Source of the DNA: Candidatus Hermodarchaeota archaeon
GTDB lineage: Archaea; Asgardarchaeota; Hermodarchaeia; Hermodarchaeales; Hermodarchaeaceae
Length of the DNA stretch: 46,330 nt
Direction: 5' to 3'
Assembly (NCBI GenBank): GCA_016839805.1
Contig: JAEOTO010000019.1
Coordinates: 1 to 46,330, forward strand
In this document: piece after piece, positions 37,235-45,845 of the stretch
How the letters are laid out: each line of letters opens with the position of its first letter
Position numbering within the stretch: position 1 is the stretch's first letter
Made by a program: the position numbers and the translations under genes
The notes under the pieces: generated by a model
Database searches by the model: none
The model's input: the letters and a program-made list of their open reading frames with translations, nothing else
Told to the model about the DNA's origin: nothing

Positions 37235-37927
37235 TCCTAAAATTACTTTGATCATATTCAGTCCATTTCGAAAAGCCTTACTTATAGAAGTCGTTATTTT
37301 CGCTTCTCCAACGCGCGTCAGATAGTAAACAGGTATCTCCTTGATTTTTCCTCCAGATCGTAGAACTTTCACAATCATTTGCGGTGAAAACGCGGCGTCT
37401 TCAGCATTTAATTCGGGTAAGATGGCTTCGAGCATTTCGCGGCGAATAGCCCGGAGAGTACACCCTACATCAGTTAAAGGCGAGTATCCATGGAGAATAC
37501 CGAGGAGCTTCGCAACGGCCATATTTCCCACCACTAAGAAAAGCCCCATATTAGCTCCTTCTTCAAGGTAAGGAGTAGCAGTTCGAGTGCCAACAACAAA
37601 GTGATGGTTGGGCATATACTGTAAAAGCCGGACAACATCAACTCCCCGGAAAGTCTGGTCAGCTTCAGTAATGATGATGAAATCATATCCTCGATCTAGG
37701 GCTTCACGGAGCCCTCGACGAATCGCTGACCCATATCCTTGAATGGGTTCAGGAACGACCGTAGCCCCTGCTGCATTAGCGACCGTTGCAGTGTTATCCG
37801 TTGAATTATTATCAATAACGATGACTTCATCAACTTCAGGGGTCATGAAGTCTTTGATGGTGTGACCAATAGGTTCCTCCTCATTCCAAGCAGGAATTAC
37901 AACACACACGCGTTTACCCTTGAACAT
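37229..37927 (-). CDS. Family 2 glycosyltransferase (polyprenol-phosphate glycosyltransferase/DPM1-like)
   Basis: VVIPAWNEE, IDNNSTD, GYGSA, EADQT, VVGTR, LTDV, EIPV.Y..RVGE.K. Confidence 0.9.
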   Translation of the reverse strand: MFKGKRVCVVIPAWNEEEPIGHTIKDFMTPEVDEVIVIDNNSTDNTATVANAAGATVVPEPIQGYGSAIRRGLREALDRGYDFIIITEADQTFRGVDVVRLLQYMPNHHFVVGTRTATPYLEEGANMGLFLVVGNMAVAKLLGILHGYSPLTDVGCTLRAIRREMLEAILPELNAEDAAFSPQMIVKVLRSGGKIKEIPVYYLTRVGEAKITTSISKAFRNGLNMIKVILGL

Positions 37928-38047
37928 CGATAGCACACCTAGATACTATCAGGGATTAGGAACTACTGAGGGTTCTTGCATGCATCTCCCTATAAAAGTA
38001 CAGAAGCTTGATTTCAATAACGTGAAAAACGTCATTAAAGAAAATTA

Positions 38048-38608
38048 TTAGCGCACAGAATACGCAGGCATGATTCTTCCTTCATCCGTTGCTTTGATCA
38101 ACCTTGAGGCCATATAGGAAAAGATCTGGTCTATATTTTCGCCAGTATTAGCTGATACAGGGAAGAACGCAATTATTCCATGTCGCTGACAGAAATCATG
38201 AATATCATCTTCACTGGGTCCACCCGGTAAATCTGATTTAGCACCGACCAAAATAACAGGAATTACACCAGCACTTTCCCGGATGATTTCCATCCAAAAA
38301 CCCAACTGAAGAAAAGTCGAATAACGACTAAGATCAAAGACGAGAAGTGCTCCATGGGCACCTAGACAGAAAATAGGCATCAAATCCCTAAACCGTTCTT
38401 CACCACCAAAATCCCAAATCGATAAACCAACTTTCTGAAAGTTCACTTCCAGTTCTTGATAAGCAAACTCAGATCCAACAGTCATAATGGGCGTTGTGAT
38501 GCATCCGGTAACGTATCGATGAATGATGCTGGTCTTCCCCACTCCTCCTTCACCAGCTACTATCAGTTTAAAAATCGGAGTTTTTACCTTCAAGACTTGT
38601 GTCGACAC
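38048..38608 (-). CDS. Rab-like small GTPase
   Basis: G1 GEGGVGKTS, G2 TVG, G3 WDFGGEERF, G4 GAKSD, G5 SANTGENI. Confidence 0.92.
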   Translation of the reverse strand: MSTQVLKVKTPIFKLIVAGEGGVGKTSIIHRYVTGCITTPIMTVGSEFAYQELEVNFQKVGLSIWDFGGEERFRDLMPIFCLGAHGALLVFDLSRYSTFLQLGFWMEIIRESAGVIPVILVGAKSDLPGGPSEDDIHDFCQRHGIIAFFPVSANTGENIDQIFSYMASRLIKATDEGRIMPAYSVR

Positions 38609-38884
38609 TACAGCTGCTGTCTTAACATTGGTCTGCTGATTAGTAGCCAGAGTAATACACCACGCCGGGAGTCATAGGTAGACCCACTCCAAAGTGAGCT
38701 ACCACACCTTTCATGCCCTATTCACGGTTTGAGATTTTTATACTCTTCTAAATTATTGCAGAAATCCTTGTTTCTTTCAGTTTTCCTGGATTTGTAGTAA
38801 CCACAAGTATTTCTAAAAATCCTAACAGGTAAAAAGTTTGGATGTAATAATAAGTGGTATCATGAAGAGACCGTTATCAAGAAA

Positions 38885-39319
38885 TTAGAGAATTTCATTC
38901 GGGTCTCCAACTTCAGGTGGTTTGCTGACCATTAGTATATTAAACCCAGCGATAATACCAAGAAAGGGCCCAATCACAAAACCCGACCCGGGAACAAATA
39001 AACCAATACCTGAACAAATTAACCCCGCAACTGCACCAATTTTTTGATTCACTAGATACATCACAGCACTACTTACAAACAACAGTGAAGCCATGAGAAC
39101 ACCAAAATAAAATCCCTCTACTGCTTGTAAGAAGACAATAGGAACCAGTTCTTCTGGAATAAAGAGAAATAAATCAAATGAAATATGATATTGCCAAGCA
39201 CCACCGGCTAAAATTAGTATAGCTGCAAGAATTAGTAAAAAGGAATTTTTGAAAGAGCGTTTCGGTTTTTCTTTTATCATATCACTTACTCGTTCAAAAT
39301 TCGATTCCTCAGTTGACAT
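38885..39319 (-). CDS. Small membrane protein (about four TM helices)
   Basis: Hydrophobic helices with GFVIGPFLGIIAG motif; AGGTG upstream of the ATG. Confidence 0.7.
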   Translation of the reverse strand: MSTEESNFERVSDMIKEKPKRSFKNSFLLILAAILILAGGAWQYHISFDLFLFIPEELVPIVFLQAVEGFYFGVLMASLLFVSSAVMYLVNQKIGAVAGLICSGIGLFVPGSGFVIGPFLGIIAGFNILMVSKPPEVGDPNEIL

Positions 39320-39434
39320 TCAGGGCACCTATTCGCAATGAAATGAATGCAGCGATAATCAAATTTAAATAAATTATCATTAGGGTAACCTAATTCGAAT
39401 CATTTTCTCCAAATAATTTCACTGGTGCCTAAAA

Positions 39435-42206
39435 ATGATTGGATACGCCTTTAAACGAATTATACGAAGTAAATTACTCTTCGTTATTCTCTTTGGAGGC
39501 GTCTTCATCTCCTCGACAACTTTTGCCACAATCACCTTAGGCACAAATGCACTCTTTTTGGGAATGGTTGACAATGCTTTTGCTGAGTCACCATTTGATA
39601 TGGAAATGACCACGTTCTTTTACAAGCAGTACCCGCTGGAACTAATGGAACTCAAAGCGAGAATAAGTCTAAATGATGTAGTTCAACACTCAGAAATTGT
39701 TACAAGAGTTCAAAGACACGAGTATTGGGGTCCGAATATAGAATCTTCGCGATGGGAAGTATTTGCTGGAATTGAAAACGACTCACTTGCTTACAATGGA
39801 ATCAAACTTCTTTCAGGGAACAGCACCTTAAGACCCAACCAGGTCTGGATTGTGAATTCATCGACAAGACGACCGAATTTCAACCTCTGCGACGTATTTA
39901 ATTTAACTTTTAGAGTTATTGTACCTTATTCTACCGAATTTCATGAACCCTATGACTATCCTCGAAATCTCACATTACAGGTCGCAGGATTTGTCACCTT
40001 AACAGATCAAGCTTTAAAAATTCTTGTAGAGGATCCCGAAGTTTGGAAAAAAACTCCAGATCATGATCTTTATATTACTAGCTGGCCTCTGACATTTGCT
40101 CCTGAAATTCAAATAACACACGATCTTTTGCTTGGCTATCCATTACCTCACGCATTTGAACACAGTATCATGATAGTGCTAGACAGATCCGCTATAATCA
40201 ATCCCTTTGATGTTCAGGGATCATTTGTAAGGTTGACTATCGTCGATGCGGAGATACGCGAAATCGCTGAACTTTCGTATAGCCACTTGTTCAATAATTT
40301 GAAAGACAATATTGACATCATTACTGAAGAATCATTGAATATGCTTATCATGTTCCTCAGTTCTTCAATACCGATCTTCTTCATTGCTCTTTATTTGGGA
40401 GTAACCATGAGTGATGTTACGTTCAATGGTAGACGCAGGGAAATTGGTTTACTAGTGACGAAAGGAGCAAAGCGACAAACAGTATTACGTCTCTTTCTTA
40501 CTGAAGCATTATTAATTGGCCTACTAGCTGGGGGAATTAGTATTGTAATAGCCTTCCTCATCTTACCTATACTCTTAGGGCCAATTATAATTATCAAACC
40601 CGCTTCAGATTTCTCAATACTACTCATCATAATGATCTTGCTTTTTGCTTGTCTTATGGCATTTTTCTCCACCTATTCTTCAGCTAACCATGCCACCAAA
40701 TTACCAACAATTGAAGCATTGAGAGAATATAGTCCAACAACGCATCCAAGCGAATACAATAAAACAGTAGTTTGGATCGCGTTAATTGCTGGCATTTACA
40801 AAATTATCATGTGGTTAACTGGTATTGATCCCCTCACCATAATTTTGGGAATAGGTACCCCATCATTAATTATGTTGATTTTATTATCAACATGGTTAAT
40901 TTTTGATTTATTGTTAACACCAATTGCACTCTTGCTCTTCCTTTATGGACTAAGTAAAATCCTAATTCAGGGAAGTCAGATTTTCTATCAAGTCTCTGAA
41001 AAGCTATTACAACGCATTATGGCGGGCATTGGTGTACTTGCTACGAAGAGTATTAAACGGAGCCCAGCCAGGACAGCAGCGATTGTCTTTATGTTGGCTC
41101 TCGTAATAGGATATGGATTTCAAACATTATCAGTGCTTGCAAGCGAGCAAGACTATATTTACCGTTCATCCTATGCAGATGTTGGATCAGACATTGCAGC
41201 ATCAATCGTTCCAGCCTTGAAAGCCTCTACTCTGATTCCTTTTGTTGAAAACATTTCAGGTGTACAATCGGTTACTGTTGAGTTTTGGACTTTTGTTAAG
41301 ATTGATCCATTGTGGGATATTGGCCTTCGGGCAATTAACGCAAGCGATTGGTATCAGTCAGCCTATTATGAAGAAAATTGGTTTAGCGGAGTTCCATCAA
41401 CCGAAGCTTTCAGTGCACTAAGTAACAACAATCATATAATTATACTTCAAAAGGGAGTTGCAGCAACCCGGGCATTACGAATTGGCGACTCTCTTAATGT
41501 ATGGAGTGGAGAGAATTCTATTTCACTAATAGTCGGAGGATTTTTTGGACCTGCTGAATTCCCAGTTATAGAAACGATTTCCCCTCGTGGTGACTATTCT
41601 CTGGTTTCCATTGAATTACTTGAAGAACTCGAAATCCTTAGTAACTCTTCTTGTCAACTATTAATACGAGCCGTTACTCAGTCGAAAGTAAATGACATCA
41701 TCACAGAAGTTCAATCCCATCCTTATGTATCGATTATCGACTCGTTTCAAAATCGACTTGTTGAGTATTCATCTAATCCGATACTTAGTGCTCCAGGGAA
41801 TATTTTACAGATTGAGGTTTTGTTTTCATTCTTACTAGCTTCTTTCGGAACAACCATTATTATTACAGCCTCATTGAAGGAAAAAGACCGGGAACTTGCT
41901 TTAATGGCAGCCCGAGGATCCTCAAAACAACAAATCCGTATACTTCTGCTAGGAGAAACGATATTGTGGATTGCATTTGCCCTCTCAATTGGTGGATTCA
42001 CAGGATTAGTTGCTTCCTATGCTCAACTAAATAACCTAGCAGCTTTGGATGCTTTTACACCACGTTCTATATCCATCCTTCTTTCTCCAATCCTTATCTT
42101 ACAATTTGCAGGGTTGATCATCCTTCTAATCATTTTTGCATTAATTCCGGTTTTACAGGCAACTCGCCGTGCACAAAGAGGAGCCGAGGTGCTTAGGCAG
42201 GGATAA
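39435..42206 (+). CDS. FtsX/MacB-like ABC transporter permease (two FtsX domains)
   Basis: RRREIGLL..KGA and ..RELALMAARG motifs, each after a large extracytoplasmic domain. Confidence 0.9.
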   Translation: MIGYAFKRIIRSKLLFVILFGGVFISSTTFATITLGTNALFLGMVDNAFAESPFDMEMTTFFYKQYPLELMELKARISLNDVVQHSEIVTRVQRHEYWGPNIESSRWEVFAGIENDSLAYNGIKLLSGNSTLRPNQVWIVNSSTRRPNFNLCDVFNLTFRVIVPYSTEFHEPYDYPRNLTLQVAGFVTLTDQALKILVEDPEVWKKTPDHDLYITSWPLTFAPEIQITHDLLLGYPLPHAFEHSIMIVLDRSAIINPFDVQGSFVRLTIVDAEIREIAELSYSHLFNNLKDNIDIITEESLNMLIMFLSSSIPIFFIALYLGVTMSDVTFNGRRREIGLLVTKGAKRQTVLRLFLTEALLIGLLAGGISIVIAFLILPILLGPIIIIKPASDFSILLIIMILLFACLMAFFSTYSSANHATKLPTIEALREYSPTTHPSEYNKTVVWIALIAGIYKIIMWLTGIDPLTIILGIGTPSLIMLILLSTWLIFDLLLTPIALLLFLYGLSKILIQGSQIFYQVSEKLLQRIMAGIGVLATKSIKRSPARTAAIVFMLALVIGYGFQTLSVLASEQDYIYRSSYADVGSDIAASIVPALKASTLIPFVENISGVQSVTVEFWTFVKIDPLWDIGLRAINASDWYQSAYYEENWFSGVPSTEAFSALSNNNHIIILQKGVAATRALRIGDSLNVWSGENSISLIVGGFFGPAEFPVIETISPRGDYSLVSIELLEELEILSNSSCQLLIRAVTQSKVNDIITEVQSHPYVSIIDSFQNRLVEYSSNPILSAPGNILQIEVLFSFLLASFGTTIIITASLKEKDRELALMAARGSSKQQIRILLLGETILWIAFALSIGGFTGLVASYAQLNNLAALDAFTPRSISILLSPILILQFAGLIILLIIFALIPVLQATRRAQRGAEVLRQG

Positions 42207-42209
42207 ATC

Positions 42210-43094
42210 ATGGCATTCATATCTTGTACAGATGTTGTGAGAGTTTATCGGATTGGTGATATCGAAATTGCAGCTCTTCGAGGTCTCTCCTTAGAAGTTG
42301 ATCGTGGTGAGATGATTTCAATAATGGGTCCCTCAGGATCAGGTAAAACAACTTTACTTAATATTCTTGGAGGATTAGACCGAGCTAATGCTGGAACAAT
42401 CAGGGTCGATGATGTATCACTTGGTTTTACTCCCGTGTCAGAATTGGTCAATTATCGTCGCAGAGTCGTTGGTCATATTTTTCAAAACTTGAACCTAATT
42501 CACACTCTAACAGCTCTAGAAAATGTTGAATTACCTATGATCTTTAACGAAACAGACCGAGGTACAAGGAAAAAACGAGCTGAAGAACTACTGCACATTG
42601 TAGATTTATCGGATCGATTACAGCATAAACCCGATGAGTTAAGTGGGGGACAACAACAACGCGTAGCAATTGCTGCAGCTCTTGCCAACGATCCTCCTAT
42701 CCTTCTAGCAGATGAACCAACAGGAGAATTGGATTCTGAAACAAGTCGGATTATTGTTAATTATTTGCTGCGGATTAACCGTGAATTCGATAAAACCATC
42801 ATTATGGTCACACATAATCCCATAGTTGCAGCTGCTACCCGCCGAATCCTTCGAATTGAAGATGGAAATATTGTGGGCACCTACACTCCAGCTCAGATGG
42901 GAGTTAACACCGGTACTGTGAATTATGTTGACCAGCTTCAAGAACGAATCACAAAGTTGAACCGAGAATTGGCTGACTTGGATAAAAGAATCCAACAAGG
43001 CCAAATAAATGGCGAAGATTACGTAAAAGAAAGATTACGACTCACCGCCTCAATAAAGGGATTAGAGGACGAAATCCATCGACATGGTGGCTAA
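42210..43094 (+). CDS. ABC transporter ATP-binding protein (LolD/SalX type) with C-terminal helical extension
   Basis: GPSGSGKT, LSGGQQQRVAIA, LADEPTGELD, VTHN; about 60-aa coiled tail. Confidence 0.95.
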   Translation: MAFISCTDVVRVYRIGDIEIAALRGLSLEVDRGEMISIMGPSGSGKTTLLNILGGLDRANAGTIRVDDVSLGFTPVSELVNYRRRVVGHIFQNLNLIHTLTALENVELPMIFNETDRGTRKKRAEELLHIVDLSDRLQHKPDELSGGQQQRVAIAAALANDPPILLADEPTGELDSETSRIIVNYLLRINREFDKTIIMVTHNPIVAAATRRILRIEDGNIVGTYTPAQMGVNTGTVNYVDQLQERITKLNRELADLDKRIQQGQINGEDYVKERLRLTASIKGLEDEIHRHGG

Positions 43095-43177
43095 CTCAAA
43101 CCAAGGATAGATTTTTCATTGTCCAAAAGCACTAACTCAGGAAAATAGCCAGTTAATTATCATTGAAGTGAGCAGTT

Positions 43178-44332
43178 GTGACAGACTCTGTTGCAGTCTT
43201 CTATGATGAACGTTATATGGACTATGATTTAGGACCAAATCATCCACTTCATTCAGAACGGATTTTACTTCACTACGAGCTAAGTAAAGCTCTAGGGCTC
43301 TTAAAGGCTCCAGGAATGAGTGAACCCCAATTCAGACCTGCTACCGATGATCAATTGGCATTGATTCATTCTCACGAATATATTGATCAGATACGTAGGT
43401 TAAGTACACAAGAAAAGTATTCTCTGCTGGATAGCGGTGATACCTTCGCATTTCCAGGTGCATATGATGTTGCTCGGCTCAAGGTTGGAGGTACTCTTGC
43501 TGCAGTTGATGCGGTGATGGAGGGACATGCAGAGCACAGCTGGAATCCTGGTGGTGGGCTCCATCATGCGCATACAGATCGAGCAGCTGGCTTCTGTATT
43601 TTTAATGACGTGGCCATTGCCTGCCGTTACTTACAAGAACACTACAAAATACAACGTATTCTGTATCTTGATATTGATGTTCACCATGGTGATGGTGTAC
43701 AGGAACAATTCTATAATGATCCGGGTGTACTTACGCTTTCGATTCATGAATCGGGACGAACGTTATTTCCGCAGTCGGGATTTATTGAGGAAATTGGAGA
43801 TGGGGAGGGCAGAGGTTACACGGTTAACCTCCCACTGCCTCCATATGTTCAGGATGAGCAATATCTTGAAGCCTTTGAGGCTATTGTCCCACCCATCATT
43901 GATGCATACAAGCCCATGGTCATTGTAATGCAAAACGGTGTTGATACTCACTTCCAAGATCAACTTGGACACTTACTACTCACTACACGAACCTTTGCGG
44001 AAATCAGTAATCGTATTCATCAACTTGCACATCAGTATTCAAACGGACGGTTAGTTGCTGTTGGAGGCGGTGGCTATTCATATCATTCCGTTCCAAGATG
44101 TTGGACAATCATTCTAGCTAACATAGTTGGATTCAAGATTAGTAATGACATCCCAAAAAGTTGGCAGGAACTTTTCACTCAAACTACCGGATTAGAACCT
44201 CCAACCCGACTCCATGATGATAAAGTACCTAGTTTATCACAAGTTGATCATACACGAGTAGGACGAATAGTAATAGAAAGTGTCAGACGGGTGAAAGATC
44301 TGATATTTCCACTCCTTTCAATTAAAGAATAG
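43178..44332 (+). CDS. AcuC-like zinc-dependent deacetylase (histone deacetylase superfamily)
   Basis: GPNHP, GGGLHHA..D.AAGFC, DIDVHHGDG, GVDTH..D.L, GGGGY. Confidence 0.92.
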   Translation: MTDSVAVFYDERYMDYDLGPNHPLHSERILLHYELSKALGLLKAPGMSEPQFRPATDDQLALIHSHEYIDQIRRLSTQEKYSLLDSGDTFAFPGAYDVARLKVGGTLAAVDAVMEGHAEHSWNPGGGLHHAHTDRAAGFCIFNDVAIACRYLQEHYKIQRILYLDIDVHHGDGVQEQFYNDPGVLTLSIHESGRTLFPQSGFIEEIGDGEGRGYTVNLPLPPYVQDEQYLEAFEAIVPPIIDAYKPMVIVMQNGVDTHFQDQLGHLLLTTRTFAEISNRIHQLAHQYSNGRLVAVGGGGYSYHSVPRCWTIILANIVGFKISNDIPKSWQELFTQTTGLEPPTRLHDDKVPSLSQVDHTRVGRIVIESVRRVKDLIFPLLSIKE

Positions 44333-44589
44333 AAATTCGATACCTTTCTAACTTTTACCCTCAGCAGTAACCAGCTGTGCCTTGAAATGGTCCCGGAGTA
44401 GATATAAGTGGCGAACTGCTTGGCGGGGTACAACATCTATCTTATCGTACCGATTAATGGTTATGGAGATCAGGTATTCAGGGTAGACTGTTATGACGGT
44501 AGTATCAGCCACTAAGAATAATCCAGCATCCTTATCGTAGAAAGAGAGTTTCGGTGAACTTGCAAGCGTTAGAAAACATTCCAGCTTTG

Positions 44590-44943
44590 TTAATAGGCTA
44601 TTGTAGCACTTGTCGTTCTTTGTGAAAGCGGATGCCCCATGCTCAAGAGTTTATTTCGAATTTGCATTTGACGAATACGAATGCTTCCTGCACGTGCTAA
44701 ACGAGTACGGTAAGCCCGATCTCTTTCAACAGCTGCAATCGATCCATCAGCATATTGGGAATCAACGACCTCAATTTCTTTCTTAAGTCGATTCCGTTCA
44801 GCTTCAAGATGTTCATGTTCCTGGATTAAAACTTCCACTTCGGTGGGAGGTTTGATCACAGTCTCTGATTGCTTATCCTCAACTGGAACGTTGGGCTCCT
44901 TACGGCGCTTAAACCATGCTTTGATTTTGTCAAAAAATCCCAT
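44590..44943 (-). CDS. Small coiled-coil protein with amphipathic N-terminus
   Basis: GAGGTGA Shine-Dalgarno before ATG 44943; MGFFDKIKAWFKRR start; heptad-like helical hairpin. Confidence 0.7.
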   Translation of the reverse strand: MGFFDKIKAWFKRRKEPNVPVEDKQSETVIKPPTEVEVLIQEHEHLEAERNRLKKEIEVVDSQYADGSIAAVERDRAYRTRLARAGSIRIRQMQIRNKLLSMGHPLSQRTTSATIAY

Positions 44944-45139
44944 GTTGATCACCTCTTATTTTCGGAGTTACCTATACCTGATAACCAGGTTCTGGAAGAA
45001 CTCCAATATGACAAAGTCCCCCTTGAAGACCTAGAAAATCTTTCTAACATTGACTGACAAATTAATCGCATACAGTCTCCTCGGTTTCCCTGTGCAACTT
45101 TCCCCTTTTCGAACTGATTAAAAAGTCTTTGTAAGATAA

Positions 45140-45676
45140 CTACAAATACTGATTCTGGAGTGCGGAAATCACAGTAGCTAAATACTTACCAATTTCCTGG
45201 GTTTCTTTTGTTTTGGTCTGTAATCGTTGGATGATATCGATTGCCGCGCGTTTTCGATCAAGCTCATTAGGAATTCCTGGTAACCGTTGAGCTGCTACCA
45301 CTAGCTGGTAGATCTCCGGATAATGACGTTGAACAAGTCCTTTTACAGTTCGTGGAGGACGAGAACCAGGGACGATACGGACTACGCGTACACCTGTTGG
45401 CGTGATGTGAACGGATAATCGGACGGTTTTGGTTAACCGATAGTATTTACGGGGTGGTCCACGGATGCTTTCATCTTCATAGGTTTCGAGAAAACCTTTT
45501 TCGATGAGTTCATCTAAGTGGCGGAGAATTGCTTGTTGATGGGCAGCTAGTTCCCGGCTAAGTTGCCCTAAAAACATGGGTTCATGGGCTAACCGTCGCA
45601 GAATTTCGAATCGTGTTGGATTCCCAAGCAGCCAAAAAAGTCGAACATTGTCATCGATTTGATTGCGTTCTGCCAC
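45140..45676 (-). CDS. ArsR-type heat-shock repressor, Phr/HSR1-like
   Basis: LGNPTRFEIL..L...P.F...LSREL...Q.AIL.HL..L...G...RGPPRKYY.....RL...ITP closely follows the Pyrococcus Phr pattern; divergent from hsp20. Confidence 0.8.
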   Translation of the reverse strand: MAERNQIDDNVRLFWLLGNPTRFEILRRLAHEPMFLGQLSRELAAHQQAILRHLDELIEKGFLETYEDESIRGPPRKYYRLTKTVRLSVHITPTGVRVVRIVPGSRPPRTVKGLVQRHYPEIYQLVVAAQRLPGIPNELDRKRAAIDIIQRLQTKTKETQEIGKYLATVISALQNQYL

Positions 45677-45705
45677 GGTTATTTACTTCCTGTGTGTCTT
45701 TTTAA

Positions 45706-45808
45706 CTCACTAAATGTTAGTGACTTTTAGCGAGTATTTAGTGTTGTGGTATTGTGGTAATCTTTATAAGGATGTTTTACACACATTTAGTTAGTCACAA
45801 TATGTGAG
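45706..45808. promoter_or_regulatory. Three putative Phr/HSR1-type operator boxes
   Basis: CTCAC-N5-GTTAG (45706-45720), CACAC-N5-GTTAG (45780-45794) and GTCAC-N5-GTGAG (45794-45808), similar to the HSR1 site CTAAC-N5-GTTAG. Confidence 0.6.
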
Positions 45809-45845
45809 TAAGTTAGTGTGATTAACACTTGGAGGCATAACTACA

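Noticed and set aside
38641-38710. Cloverleaf-like fold as a tRNA gene
   Set aside because: No TTCRA T-loop, no U33 in the 7-nt loop and non-standard arm lengths; kept only as a possible leader structure.
43178-44332. Deacetylase as a eukaryote-type histone deacetylase acting on chromatin
   Set aside because: The sequence fits the widespread prokaryotic AcuC group and nothing nearby points to a histone substrate.
44248-44436. 62-aa minus-strand ORF from the track
   Set aside because: Overlaps the deacetylase 3' end antisense; the alternative frame ending at 44348 fits the gap better.
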